Made by a program: the position numbers and the translations under genes | Shown: positions 51,268 through 60,687 of the stretch, piece after piece | Numbering within the stretch: the stretch's first letter is position 1 | Layout of the letters: each line of letters begins with the position of its first letter | The notes under the pieces: model-generated | What the model was told of the DNA's origin: nothing | The model's database searches: none | What the model saw: the letters and a program-made list of their open reading frames with translations, nothing else | Origin: Acidobacteriota bacterium | GTDB taxonomy: Bacteria > Acidobacteriota > UBA6911 > RPQK01 > JAJDTT01 | Direction: 5' to 3' | Length of the DNA stretch: 64,000 nt | Assembly: GCA_965209055.1 (NCBI GenBank) | Contig: OZ242374.1 | Coordinates: 736,001 to 800,000 of the forward strand

Positions 51268-51364
51268 GACGGGAGCGACCCCCCCAGGGGGTGTTGCGCA
51301 AATGTGAATTGCGCAACGCCCCCGCGCCCGCACCGGGCAGCAAAAAGGGGGGGTCGCTCCCGTC
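51268..51364. other. Branched stem-loop structure
   Basis: Perfect 18-bp outer inverted repeat GACGGGAGCGACCCCCCC/GGGGGGGTCGCTCCCGTC enclosing a 15-bp hairpin (51287-51323) and a 5-bp hairpin (51326-51338). Confidence 0.7.
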
Positions 51365-51769
51365 CACCTCCGATTTCCCCGAGCGGCCACCCTGTGGCCG
51401 GCAATATGGCCGTAACTGATTGAGACGACAAAGGATCAGGAAAGCGGTTTTGTGAATCACCGGGACTGCTTTTTGTGAATCCACCCCCCGTGTCCCATTC
51501 ACACTCCCGGATCGGGCGCGAGACCCTCTTTTCGCCCACCCGAAACAAGTCGCCGTAAACCTTTGCGACTGCCAAGTGCGGAACTGTCTCGGCGACCGTC
51601 CCGCAGCGTTCGCAATACTGCTCACCTGGCCCAACCTGTTAGTCTCGGCCTCCATGTGTCCATCCTGCGAGCCGGCTCGGTGGAGGACGAACAATTGTCG
51701 GTACAGTCCGTTACCAGGGATGCTCCACTGACTCGGCCAAGGCTGCATTGAAGAGGGAGGAGCGCGACC

Positions 51770-52009
51770 GTGAGGGGACCGAACGGAGGGGTTCAAGTAG
51801 TCTTCTCCGGGGGAGAGTTTGCAATCTACCGGGCGGAGTCGGTGAACTGGGACCGGCGGACCGGAACATTGACCTTGGAGCATTCCGGCCGATCCTCCGT
51901 GTTCGAGCATTGGGGCGCGAGCCTCCAGGTCATCGCCTGGCGGTGGGTTGATGGGTCGATTCAGGACCGGACCTGGAGAGTGAAGACCGAATACGGCGGG
52001 CGCCTCTAA
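51770..52009 (+). CDS. Small hypothetical protein
   Basis: GGAGG upstream of GTG; 79 aa, beta-strand-like composition, no recognised family. Confidence 0.45.
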   Translation: MRGPNGGVQVVFSGGEFAIYRAESVNWDRRTGTLTLEHSGRSSVFEHWGASLQVIAWRWVDGSIQDRTWRVKTEYGGRL

Positions 52010-52216
52010 GGCACGATAAGTTGATCTTATTGGACCCTGTGCCGTCCTAGAGTGGCTTGGGCAGCTTCTCTCGGACCACGTTACCGGATGGCTCAGGGCG
52101 GATCCCCGCCCCCGGGAGAACCGGAGAAACCCGCTTCTTTCCCTCAGGATGTCCATTAATTTCAGTGAACGGACCTCCTTGGTGGCTCCCCCTTCCGAAT
52201 CTCTGAGCGTGGGACT

Positions 52217-52732
52217 CTAAGGAGTTGCGGGAGCTTTGTAGAGCACGGTGTCCTCGGTTTCCGTCGCGGCATCGACAGCGATCCCTAGGCCGACTCCAAT
52301 TCCTGTTAAAAGAGCACCGAGTATCAACCCCTGAAAGGCGGTATCGGTCTTTGTTGACTCTTCAACTGTGGCAATTCCAATCAAGGTCAGTCCACCGCCG
52401 ACTGCGGCTCCAACAGCGGCTCCTTTCCATGCTCCGTCTCCCAACCCATCCTTGGAAGGAAGGTTAACTGTCTGGATGTCCGTTTTCGGAATCACTGCAC
52501 GGCCGGCGGGGTTCAGGAGTTCCAGGGCTGACGCCGACAGGCCTCGGAATTGGCCGTGGATTCGATCCCCGTTTTTGAGTTCCACCGTGATGGATGATGC
52601 CATTTCCAAGGCGGAGACCTTCTCCCAGCGGCCGGGGATCACCTCCGCCCGTGCTGGCATGGAGGCCAATCCGGCAAGAATCAAGGCAAGTAATCGAATC
52701 CGGCATGTCTTCATCGTTTGGGTTTTCTTCAT
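52217..52732 (-). CDS. Exported/membrane hypothetical protein with glycine zipper
   Basis: SD AAGGAGG, a signal peptide, a small beta domain (ITVELKNGDRIHG), and GAAVGAAVGGG and GIGVGLGIAVD segments. Confidence 0.7.
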   Translation of the reverse strand: MKKTQTMKTCRIRLLALILAGLASMPARAEVIPGRWEKVSALEMASSITVELKNGDRIHGQFRGLSASALELLNPAGRAVIPKTDIQTVNLPSKDGLGDGAWKGAAVGAAVGGGLTLIGIATVEESTKTDTAFQGLILGALLTGIGVGLGIAVDAATETEDTVLYKAPATP

Positions 52733-53422
52733 GGCACCTCCTTCTACCTTGGAGTAACATCGCTTCTTGTTAGCGACTCCTCATCAGAAAATGTGATTTT
52801 TTCGTCGGAAGTGGCTCACCGAGGCGAGCAGACGGTGATCGATTCCAGGTAGTCCCCGACGAAGAACGGCATGGAGCCGCCAGGTGGGGAACAGCGAGTC
52901 GATTTTCAGGATCTGGCTATGCTGCCTGTATGTTGCCTGTTCAGCACGTCAAATATTGGCAGTCAAGCACTATACCGATTGGGCGAAGAACCCGGTAAAT
53001 AAATGAAAACGTTAATGTTCGGTAGTCTTTGACTTTCGAACAGTTGGGACTGTTAGTCCCCCCGTCTTCCCTCTTCCTCGTCGCTGCGGGGATAGGAAAA
53101 CCCCCGCTACCAGCGACTGGGAAGTTGCCATTCCCCGGATCTCGAAGCTCGCCGGCTCCACCAGGGGTCGGCTCCTGAACGCCGACGCACCCTTTTCCCC
53201 TTCCATGGAAACAGTCCTGCGGGGCCCAGACAGCGATGGCCGCCACCACGCCGCCCCGTCACCAGAGCACGGCGCTCGCCCGGCTCGTCACACAGCGCTT
53301 GGTGTATCAATACCGGCATTCAAGCCCATCACGCCCACTGAATCTTCCATCCGGAGAACTGCTGAGCCCACACGGTTTGCTCGGACCGTTGGACGGTATG
53401 ATATTGCTTGCATGGGACTCTG

Positions 53423-56400
53423 ATGGAGTTGAATCGGCTAGGACAGCGGATATGTCTGGCTACGGTATTGTGCGTTGTTCCGTTGGCGATGCCTTCGGCA
53501 ACTGCGCAGTCCACATCGGGGTCGATCCTGGGCGACGTAGCGGACCCATCGGGAGGATTCCTGCCGGGAGCGATCGTGAGCGTTAGAAACAACGCAACCG
53601 GTGCGACCCGGGAGGCGTTGACAAACGAAGTGGGGGCCTTCCGGTTCTCGGGGCTGCCACCGTCCAACTACTCTGTGACGGTAGAGTTTCCCGGCTTTCA
53701 GACCGTAACGCGGCCGTCGGTGACGCTGGCCGTGGGCGGCACGACGAAAGTCGATTTCGAGTTGAATGTGGGGTCGGTCGCCGAGTCGATCACCGTCGCC
53801 GGGGCGGTGCCGCTGGTGCAGCCGACGGAGAACACGGTCCAGGTTGTGGTGGCCAACCAGCGAGTGCAGGAACTGCCGACCAAGAGCCGCGACTTCATGA
53901 ATCTGATGCTGCTGTCGCCGGGCGTGACGGTAGACCAGAGCTCGGCCAGCAGTGGCAACAGCGACTCGGTCAGCTTCTACGGCATGGACGAACGGAACAA
54001 GTCGGTTTGGCTGGAAGGCGTGGACTTCAATGACGAGGTCACGATGGGCGGTTCGGACATTTCCGAGGCGACCCGGACGCGATTGGGGCAGGAAGCGATT
54101 CAGGAGTTTCAGGTGTTGTCGTCGGCCTTTTCGGCCGAGTTCGGCCGGACCGGCTCGGGGGCGATCAATGTTGTCGTGAAGTCGGGAGGCAACGACATCC
54201 ACGGCAGCGGCTTTTACTTCGTCCGCGACGACGCCTTCGACAAGGATCCGTTCCAGGTGGTCCGGGGTGAAGCAGTGCCGGATGCCAACCCGCCGCCGTT
54301 CCAGACCCAGCAGTACGGGTTCACGATAGGCGGCCCGTTCGTGCGGCACAAGGTGTTCTACTTCGGATCCATCGAACGCCGCACCGAAGCGAACAGCTCG
54401 CAGGTGACGATTCCAGATTCGGTGAAGGCGTTCGTGGATTCCCTGAATGCCGGCTACGACACGTCCAGCGCTCTGCCGCGGTCGGTGGACGAGCGGAACG
54501 TGTTGGGCAAGTTCACGCTCAACCTGCATCCGAGGCACACGATGAACGTCATGTACCTGTACGACGACAGGGAGTTCACCAACAAGCGGACCGGGCAGAC
54601 CAACGGAGCCGACAACGGGTTCGACGACACGCGCAGCTCCTATTACGCAACGGCGAGCCTGACGTCTCTCATCAGCAACAGAATCGTGAACGAATTCCGG
54701 GCGAACCGCTCGATCCAGCGCCTGTTCCGGGATTTGCAGGCCAGTGCGAGCGGACGGTTTCTGCCGACGCTGGATTTTCCCTCGGTCGACCTCGGAGCGG
54801 CGAGCGATGTCCCGCAGGGCCGGGTCCAGGCGAACTGGATCTTCTCGGACACGATGAGCTGGGAGTGGGGCAACCACTCGTTCAAGTGGGGCTGGGAATC
54901 GAATCGGATCCTGGCAACGGCCGACGCGAACGTGGATTTCCAGGGGGTCTACCGGTTCCCATCCGATACGGCGACGTTGCCGGACCGCTATACGGCGAAC
55001 TTCAACCTCCCGTTCGAGAACGGCAATTCAACGGAGCCGAGGTTCATCAGCATCCGCCGCGACGTGGCCTCCTACGCCGCATTCGTCAACGACACGTGGC
55101 GGGTGACGCCGAGCTTCACGATCAACATGGGGCTGCGCTGGGACAAGCGGACCTACCTGGATGTGGACGGCGTGGCGTCTATCGGCGGACCGGACGCTTT
55201 CGAACAGCCGGGTTTCTCGCGGGACCGGCCGCAGGATGTCTGGGTGTCAGTGGCGCTGGGCGAACTTGGCGCCTTGCCGGTGATGGACTGGCGTCCGGGT
55301 GTCGAGGACAAGCTGGACCTCTCGCCGCGTTTCGGTTTCTCCTGGGATGTGACCGGCAACGGTCACGCGGTGGTCCGGGCCAGCTACGGCATCTTCCATG
55401 ACCGGATCAACACGAGCACGCTCCGGAGCCGGGTCTTGAGCTACAACGGGCTGTTGACTTCGGGAACCCAGTTGGACGCCTCGAACGCGGCGCAGAACGT
55501 GATCATCCAGAGGAACTTCCCGAACCGGATCGCGACCCTGCTCTTGCCGGGAGGCGCCAGTGTCGGTGGAACCCCCGATGCGCCTTCGGCGCGGATGAAC
55601 ACGCCCTACACCCAACAGTCCCACGCGGGCTTCCAGTACGGGATCAAGCGGGACCTGGCCGTGTCGGTGGACTTCGTGCACATCTTGGGTCTGAACTACG
55701 ACTGGGGTTCGGGCCTGTCAACCTCATGGGAACCGAACGCACCGCTGCCAGGGGCCACGTCGCCGTCAGGTCGAGTGTGCCCGTTCGCCCGCCAGATCGT
55801 TGCGCAGTTGGGGTTGCCGGCAACGGCGGCCAACCTGCGTTCCAACAGTGCCGGCTGTCTGCGGATCCAGGTCGCCGACTTCACCAACCGGTTGCACATC
55901 AACAGCTTGAGTTTCCGGCTCGAGAAGCGGTTCACGCGGAACTTCGGTTTCCTGGCCGGGTACACGCTAGGCTCAGCGAAAGGCTTCGACTGGACCTCAC
56001 CGCACATCAAGCACGGCGAGGCCAATTTCGGCCCGACCGAAAACGACGTGCGGCATCGTTTCACGGGCAACTTCATCTACCAGTTTCCCCACGACGTCCA
56101 GGTGTCGTCGATCCTTACAGCCAACAGCGCGCCGCCCTACGACATCACGACCGGCAACGACGACAACTTTGACTTCCTGCGCAACGACCGTCCGGCCGGA
56201 GTCGGGGCCTGGGCCGGCCGCGGCGCGAATTTCTTCCGGTGGGACCTGCGGTTGACGAAGAAGTTCGCCATTACCGAGGCTACGAGAGTGGACGTGATGT
56301 GGGAGATGTACAACATTGGCAACCGGGCCAACTTCGTGAACTTCGATGGCAACCAGCGCTCCTCCAGCGCTAACCAGGCGCGGGGCGTCGTCCCCAGCGG

Positions 56401-56440
56401 TCAGTTCCAGGGTCAGTTCGGCCTGCGGTTCGTTTTCTGA
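53423..56440 (+). CDS. TonB-dependent receptor with carboxypeptidase-regulatory-like domain
   Basis: Signal peptide; GSILGDVADPSG..LPGA, IQEFQV..SAEFGR and SPRFGFSWD; ends GLRFVF. Confidence 0.9.
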   Translation: MELNRLGQRICLATVLCVVPLAMPSATAQSTSGSILGDVADPSGGFLPGAIVSVRNNATGATREALTNEVGAFRFSGLPPSNYSVTVEFPGFQTVTRPSVTLAVGGTTKVDFELNVGSVAESITVAGAVPLVQPTENTVQVVVANQRVQELPTKSRDFMNLMLLSPGVTVDQSSASSGNSDSVSFYGMDERNKSVWLEGVDFNDEVTMGGSDISEATRTRLGQEAIQEFQVLSSAFSAEFGRTGSGAINVVVKSGGNDIHGSGFYFVRDDAFDKDPFQVVRGEAVPDANPPPFQTQQYGFTIGGPFVRHKVFYFGSIERRTEANSSQVTIPDSVKAFVDSLNAGYDTSSALPRSVDERNVLGKFTLNLHPRHTMNVMYLYDDREFTNKRTGQTNGADNGFDDTRSSYYATASLTSLISNRIVNEFRANRSIQRLFRDLQASASGRFLPTLDFPSVDLGAASDVPQGRVQANWIFSDTMSWEWGNHSFKWGWESNRILATADANVDFQGVYRFPSDTATLPDRYTANFNLPFENGNSTEPRFISIRRDVASYAAFVNDTWRVTPSFTINMGLRWDKRTYLDVDGVASIGGPDAFEQPGFSRDRPQDVWVSVALGELGALPVMDWRPGVEDKLDLSPRFGFSWDVTGNGHAVVRASYGIFHDRINTSTLRSRVLSYNGLLTSGTQLDASNAAQNVIIQRNFPNRIATLLLPGGASVGGTPDAPSARMNTPYTQQSHAGFQYGIKRDLAVSVDFVHILGLNYDWGSGLSTSWEPNAPLPGATSPSGRVCPFARQIVAQLGLPATAANLRSNSAGCLRIQVADFTNRLHINSLSFRLEKRFTRNFGFLAGYTLGSAKGFDWTSPHIKHGEANFGPTENDVRHRFTGNFIYQFPHDVQVSSILTANSAPPYDITTGNDDNFDFLRNDRPAGVGAWAGRGANFFRWDLRLTKKFAITEATRVDVMWEMYNIGNRANFVNFDGNQRSSSANQARGVVPSGQFQGQFGLRFVF

Positions 56441-56753
56441 TTGCGAGACGGAGCCATGGATCCGTCCCGGATCCGGGACTCACCGCAACTTCCACGGACC
56501 CGATCTTCAAGACCGTCTGTGATCGCTTGCCCGAGAGTGGTCCCGACTTGGCCACTCAGGCCACGTTGTGCCGGCTGGAGAACGGCGTCCAGCGCTCGGA
56601 GCTCGGGTTCGGGAAACGACCCGCTGCATCTGGATCCACTTGAGCTCAGCCGACTCCGACCAGAAGGCTGCCCCCCCGGAACCCACGCACCAAGGCCTGC
56701 GATCCCGGCAAAAATCGAGGATCTCTGTCAGGTTTGTGAATCATCGCGGCTAG

Positions 56754-57659
56754 TCATTCCCCCTGGTTCCTGTCCGTTGTTGGCGGGTCCGCCAAAGCGA
56801 TGGGATATTGGCGCTCGCTGGGACGGTCAGCGTCCTGACCCGGAGCCACACCGCCTTTTACGGCCACGATCGCAGTCGCGGCCAAGTGCGCGGAGTAACG
56901 TCGAAACGTGGCGCGCATCTTGCGGATTCGTTGGCGCGCGGCGGGTGTCCGCGCCACGTTCCAGATGAAGCGAAGCGCCTGCCGCAGACCCTCATCGCGA
57001 ATGAGCCTCCTGGGTTCAAGAAGCCGCATCGGGGCACTGATCTGTTTCTCAATGGTGAATCCCTGTGCGCTGAGCAATGTGCGCCATTCTTTCGCTGTGA
57101 GGGGCCGCGCTCCTATGTGGATGGCATCGGACAGGGCCATCTGGATCCTCATTTTGATGGTGCCGGGCAAGTCGTTCGGCCTCAGCGACAACTCGTGAAT
57201 GCCGTAGCGCCCGCCGCTGCGTAGCACCCGGGCGGCCTCCGAAACGATTGCGTCCTTCTTCTCGTACGGCTGCATGGTGAGCATGGCCTCGCCGTAGATG
57301 ACACTCGCGGACGCGCTCGGCAGGCCGGTCTTTTCAGCGCGTCCGACGAGGCATTGCCGGTTGACGCCGCTGAGGTATCCGCGCACGTTCTTCGCGGCAT
57401 CTTCGTTTCGTTCGATCCCAACGTACGAGCGGGGCCGGAGTTCAAGTGTGGCGCGCGCCGTCACGCCCAGTCCGGGGGCGAACTCCACCACGTCGTCGCC
57501 GGAGCCGATATTCAGGGCGTCCAACATATGCCGAGTCAACTCGAAGCCCCCGGGACGCAGAACCCGCTTCCCCATCTGGGCAAGCAGCCAATGGCCGGGC
57601 ATGCGGCTGAACTGGAGTCCAGCTCCGGGTTTTTGGGGATCGGATGCTTCGTGCCGCAT
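56754..57659 (-). CDS. Class I SAM-dependent methyltransferase
   Basis: GHWLLAQMGKRVLRPGG, VVEFAPGLG, GEAMLTMQ and ARVLRSGG. Confidence 0.8.
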   Translation of the reverse strand: MRHEASDPQKPGAGLQFSRMPGHWLLAQMGKRVLRPGGFELTRHMLDALNIGSGDDVVEFAPGLGVTARATLELRPRSYVGIERNEDAAKNVRGYLSGVNRQCLVGRAEKTGLPSASASVIYGEAMLTMQPYEKKDAIVSEAARVLRSGGRYGIHELSLRPNDLPGTIKMRIQMALSDAIHIGARPLTAKEWRTLLSAQGFTIEKQISAPMRLLEPRRLIRDEGLRQALRFIWNVARTPAARQRIRKMRATFRRYSAHLAATAIVAVKGGVAPGQDADRPSERQYPIALADPPTTDRNQGE

Positions 57660-57732
57660 AAGGAACTCCGTCCTGGAGGAGAGACCGGCGAGCGGATCCC
57701 GGTCTGAATGGACTGGTTTGAATCACAATCAC

Positions 57733-58542
57733 TCAAGTCTTTACGGCGACGATCGCCGTGGCGCACAAATGCTGGGCGTAACGCCGGAACGTCGCGTACA
57801 TCGCCCGGACGCTGCGGCGCACGGCAGGAGTCCTGACCGCGTTCCAGATGATGCGAAGCGCCCGCGGAAGGCCCTCGTCGCGCACGAGTTGTCTGAGTTT
57901 GAGCAGTTGCATCGGAACACGCATCTGCTTCTCGACCCTGAACCCCTGGGCGGCGAGCAATTCGCACCATCCGTTCGCCGTGAGGGGATGCGCTCCCACG
58001 TGGATGGCGTCGGATAGTGACTGCGGAATGATTGATTTGATGGCGGGCGAGAGGTTGTCCGGTTTCAGCGACAGCTCGTGAATCCCGAACCGTCCGCCGG
58101 TGCGGAGCACTCTGGCCGCCTCCGCGACGATCGCGGTTTTCTGCTCGGCCGTCTGCATGGTCAGCATGGACTCTCCGTAGAAAACGCTCGCGGACGCTCC
58201 GGGAAGACCGGTCTTTTCCGCACGGCCGACGAGACACTGCCGGCTGTTCCCTCTCAAATACCAGCGCACGTGCCTTGCGGCGTCCTCGCTGGGTTCGATT
58301 CCGATGTATGAGCGGGGCCTGCGCTCAAGAGTGGCGCGCGCGGTGACACCCAACCCGGGGGCAAGTTCGACCACGTCGTCGCTGGTACAAATATCCAACG
58401 CATTCAGCATGCGACTTGTCAACTCCAGGCCTCCGGGCCTCTGGACGCGTTTTCTTGCTTGGGCCAGCAGCCAGGGACCGCGCATCAGGCTGTATTGCAG
58501 GCCAACACCGAATGTCGTCGGATCAGAAATTTGGCATTGCAT
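57733..58542 (-). CDS. Class I SAM-dependent methyltransferase (tandem paralogue)
   Basis: Collinear with 56754-57659 (VVELAPGLG, GESMLTMQ). Start set at MQCQISDP after GGAG; the longer ORF-track N-terminus is unlikely. Confidence 0.75.
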   Translation of the reverse strand: MQCQISDPTTFGVGLQYSLMRGPWLLAQARKRVQRPGGLELTSRMLNALDICTSDDVVELAPGLGVTARATLERRPRSYIGIEPSEDAARHVRWYLRGNSRQCLVGRAEKTGLPGASASVFYGESMLTMQTAEQKTAIVAEAARVLRTGGRFGIHELSLKPDNLSPAIKSIIPQSLSDAIHVGAHPLTANGWCELLAAQGFRVEKQMRVPMQLLKLRQLVRDEGLPRALRIIWNAVRTPAVRRSVRAMYATFRRYAQHLCATAIVAVKT

Positions 58543-58605
58543 TGGACTCTCCATTCCGTAATGGATCGTCACTATAATGATATTGAAATTCATTTTCACT
58601 AGTGG

Positions 58606-58914
58606 ATGGGAATTCCTGTCGTCAGCCTGACGCCGTGTCCAGTGGCCGAGGTCGTAGGTTGGAGGCGAGGATTCCCGGCTACGGACCCTGCGGGCCAGGA
58701 TCCGAGCCCACTGGAAGACGCCGTCACGGGAGCTTTGTTCACGGAGGAGATCATCGAGGTCGCCACGTCGGACGGGGGCTATGTCGAGTATCATTTCGAT
58801 GACCCGGCGGTGGAAGATCTGGTCACCTCGGGTTTGCTCGAGCCCCACGCTCTGGCACTGGACTTGGACAGCGTCATCGAGCGCGCGCAGATGGCTAATG
58901 TTGACGTTCGTTAG
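58606..58914 (+). pseudogene. Possible fragment of a Cache-domain protein
   Basis: DAVTGALFTEEIIEVA..GGYVEYHFDDP resembles single-Cache segments (from recollection, not searched). The flanks do not extend the similarity. Confidence 0.3.
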
Positions 58915-58984
58915 GTTTTGACGGCGGGACAGCCAGGACTGTTCGTCCCCCACTCGTCTTTGTTCCTAGGTGATTCAGGAAAGT

Positions 58985-59013
58985 GTAGAAGCGGGGACTG
59001 CCGTCCCCTCTAC
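58985..59013 (+). repeat. REP-like palindrome
   Basis: GTAGAAGCGGGGACTGCCGTCCCCTCTAC. Confidence 0.6.
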
Positions 59014-59030
59014 CCCCCCCTGGTCGGCGG

Positions 59031-60653
59031 CTAGGATGTCTCCGCTCCTTGGATCTTGAAGCTCGCCGGCTCCACCAGGGACTGGCCCGAGACCTGGTCC
59101 TGGACCTGCAGCATGATCCGGTAGGTGCCGGGAACCAGGTCCTTGAGCTCCATCTCCTGGATCAACACCACGCGGTCGTCCAGTTGGATCATCCGGGGCT
59201 CTTCCACCAGGATCTGGTCCCTTCCGCGGAAGACCAGGAGCTTGGCCTGAACCAGCGGCGCCAGCATGGCCTGGTCCACCTGGAGCTCGTAGATTTCGGT
59301 GTAGACGTGCAACTTCGATCCGGTCCGGAACTCGCGGGTGATGTTGGGAAAGACCTTCAGCCCGCTGGGCGTGTTGAACGGGTCCGACAGCGTCTCTTCC
59401 CGTGCGGATGAAGCCAACCCGTCCGCCAGGATGAGGCTGCTGGTGGCCAGGTTCCCGGCCTTCGACTCGCTGACGTGAATGGAGGTCGCGGCCTGGGACA
59501 CCCGCTGGCTGCGCGTGTCCTTGGCCACCAGGTTGAACTTGAAGCGTCCCGGCCGGAGCGGAATCTGCTTCTGGTAGAGGAAATGGGTCTCCGTGCTCAG
59601 GATCTCGTCGACTCCCTTGTCTCCCGCCAGAGTGTCCTCGAACTCATACACCACCTTTCCTGACAGGTCCTCGACCTTGCCGTAGATTTCGACCGTCGCC
59701 CGTTGGTTCGATTCTCCGAACTGCGCGTACGACAGCTCGGTCGCGGGAATCTGGACGGTCAGAGGAATCAGGAAGGCGTTCTGACCCACGCGGTAGACGG
59801 CGGAGACGACCTTCAGAGGGATCGGATTGTAAAGAATCCGGGTCTCCACTTCGGTGGCCAGCTTTTCGAACTTGAACTCGGGAGGCCTGCGAAGGTCGAA
59901 ATATTGCCGCAGGCGGTCGAAGGGCTTGGCGCCCCTCATGTACATGGGCTCGGTTTCCAGACCCAGGCGCCGCATGGCCAGGTCGGAGACCATGCTTCCG
60001 TCGCGGGTCGCCAGGCCCATCTGCTCCCAGCGGGTCGGCCCTCCGCCGCTCACCCAGAGGGCGTCCTTCTCGGAAGGCCTCAGCGCCAGCTTGTATTCCC
60101 CCGTCCTGCTGGCGTCCACGAACTCGATCTCGATCCCCGATCCGATGCCCGGAATGTAGTTGTAGAACCAGCGCTGGAAGGCATAGGTGCTGGTCCAGCC
60201 GCCCCCCTCTTCGGGCCGGCGCCGATACATGCCCCCCATGTGGTCGTCGATGGTGTTGGGGGGGCCGTAGGTGATGTAGATGCGGCCCCGGTCCGTGTAC
60301 CAGCCCTCCACGCCGGAAGCGTAGCGTTCGTTGGCGTAGGCGACGCGGCGGTAGTGTTCTTCCTTGAATTCGTTGTAGGTGGTCCTGGGGTCCGGGTCCC
60401 TCCGCCTCCAGAACTGCTCGATGAAGGCGTCGCGCTCGTCGTCGGCAGTCAGGCTCTGGAAGATCTCCCGTTCCTCTTGGGTGATGATGTAGACCACGTC
60501 CTCCCGGAGCCACTTCCGGTAGTAGTCCTCCTGCTCCTCCTGGAGCATCTTCTCGCGGCGCTCTTCGTCGCTTTGGGATTGCCCGGCGGCGTCCGTCGAA
60601 GCGGACGCCAGCAGGATCAAACCGGCGGCCACCGAGTTTCGAAGGGTGAGCAT
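59031..60653 (-). CDS. GWxTD domain-containing protein
   Basis: Signal peptide; WLREDVVYII, EEHYRRVAYANE and GWYTDRGRIYI. Confidence 0.9.
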   Translation of the reverse strand: MLTLRNSVAAGLILLASASTDAAGQSQSDEERREKMLQEEQEDYYRKWLREDVVYIITQEEREIFQSLTADDERDAFIEQFWRRRDPDPRTTYNEFKEEHYRRVAYANERYASGVEGWYTDRGRIYITYGPPNTIDDHMGGMYRRRPEEGGGWTSTYAFQRWFYNYIPGIGSGIEIEFVDASRTGEYKLALRPSEKDALWVSGGGPTRWEQMGLATRDGSMVSDLAMRRLGLETEPMYMRGAKPFDRLRQYFDLRRPPEFKFEKLATEVETRILYNPIPLKVVSAVYRVGQNAFLIPLTVQIPATELSYAQFGESNQRATVEIYGKVEDLSGKVVYEFEDTLAGDKGVDEILSTETHFLYQKQIPLRPGRFKFNLVAKDTRSQRVSQAATSIHVSESKAGNLATSSLILADGLASSAREETLSDPFNTPSGLKVFPNITREFRTGSKLHVYTEIYELQVDQAMLAPLVQAKLLVFRGRDQILVEEPRMIQLDDRVVLIQEMELKDLVPGTYRIMLQVQDQVSGQSLVEPASFKIQGAETS

Positions 60654-60687
60654 CCTTATGAAGACAATATAGCAGCCTGTGGCATGA

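Larger units (their letters stand above)
47006..53059. mobile_element. Tyrosine-integrase integrative element (~6 kb) inserted into a REP palindrome
   Basis: 14-bp direct repeat GGGACTGTTAGTCC at 47006-47019 and 53046-53059, with the integrase beside the left copy. Arm-like repeats (17/20 identical) lie at 47113-47132 and 52921-52940. Confidence 0.8.

Noticed and set aside
50729-52156. 475-aa minus-strand ORF
   Set aside because: It is a low-complexity Pro/Arg/Gly/Ser-rich translation through structured repeats with no recognisable motif, and it overlaps better-supported small plus-strand genes. Probably spurious.
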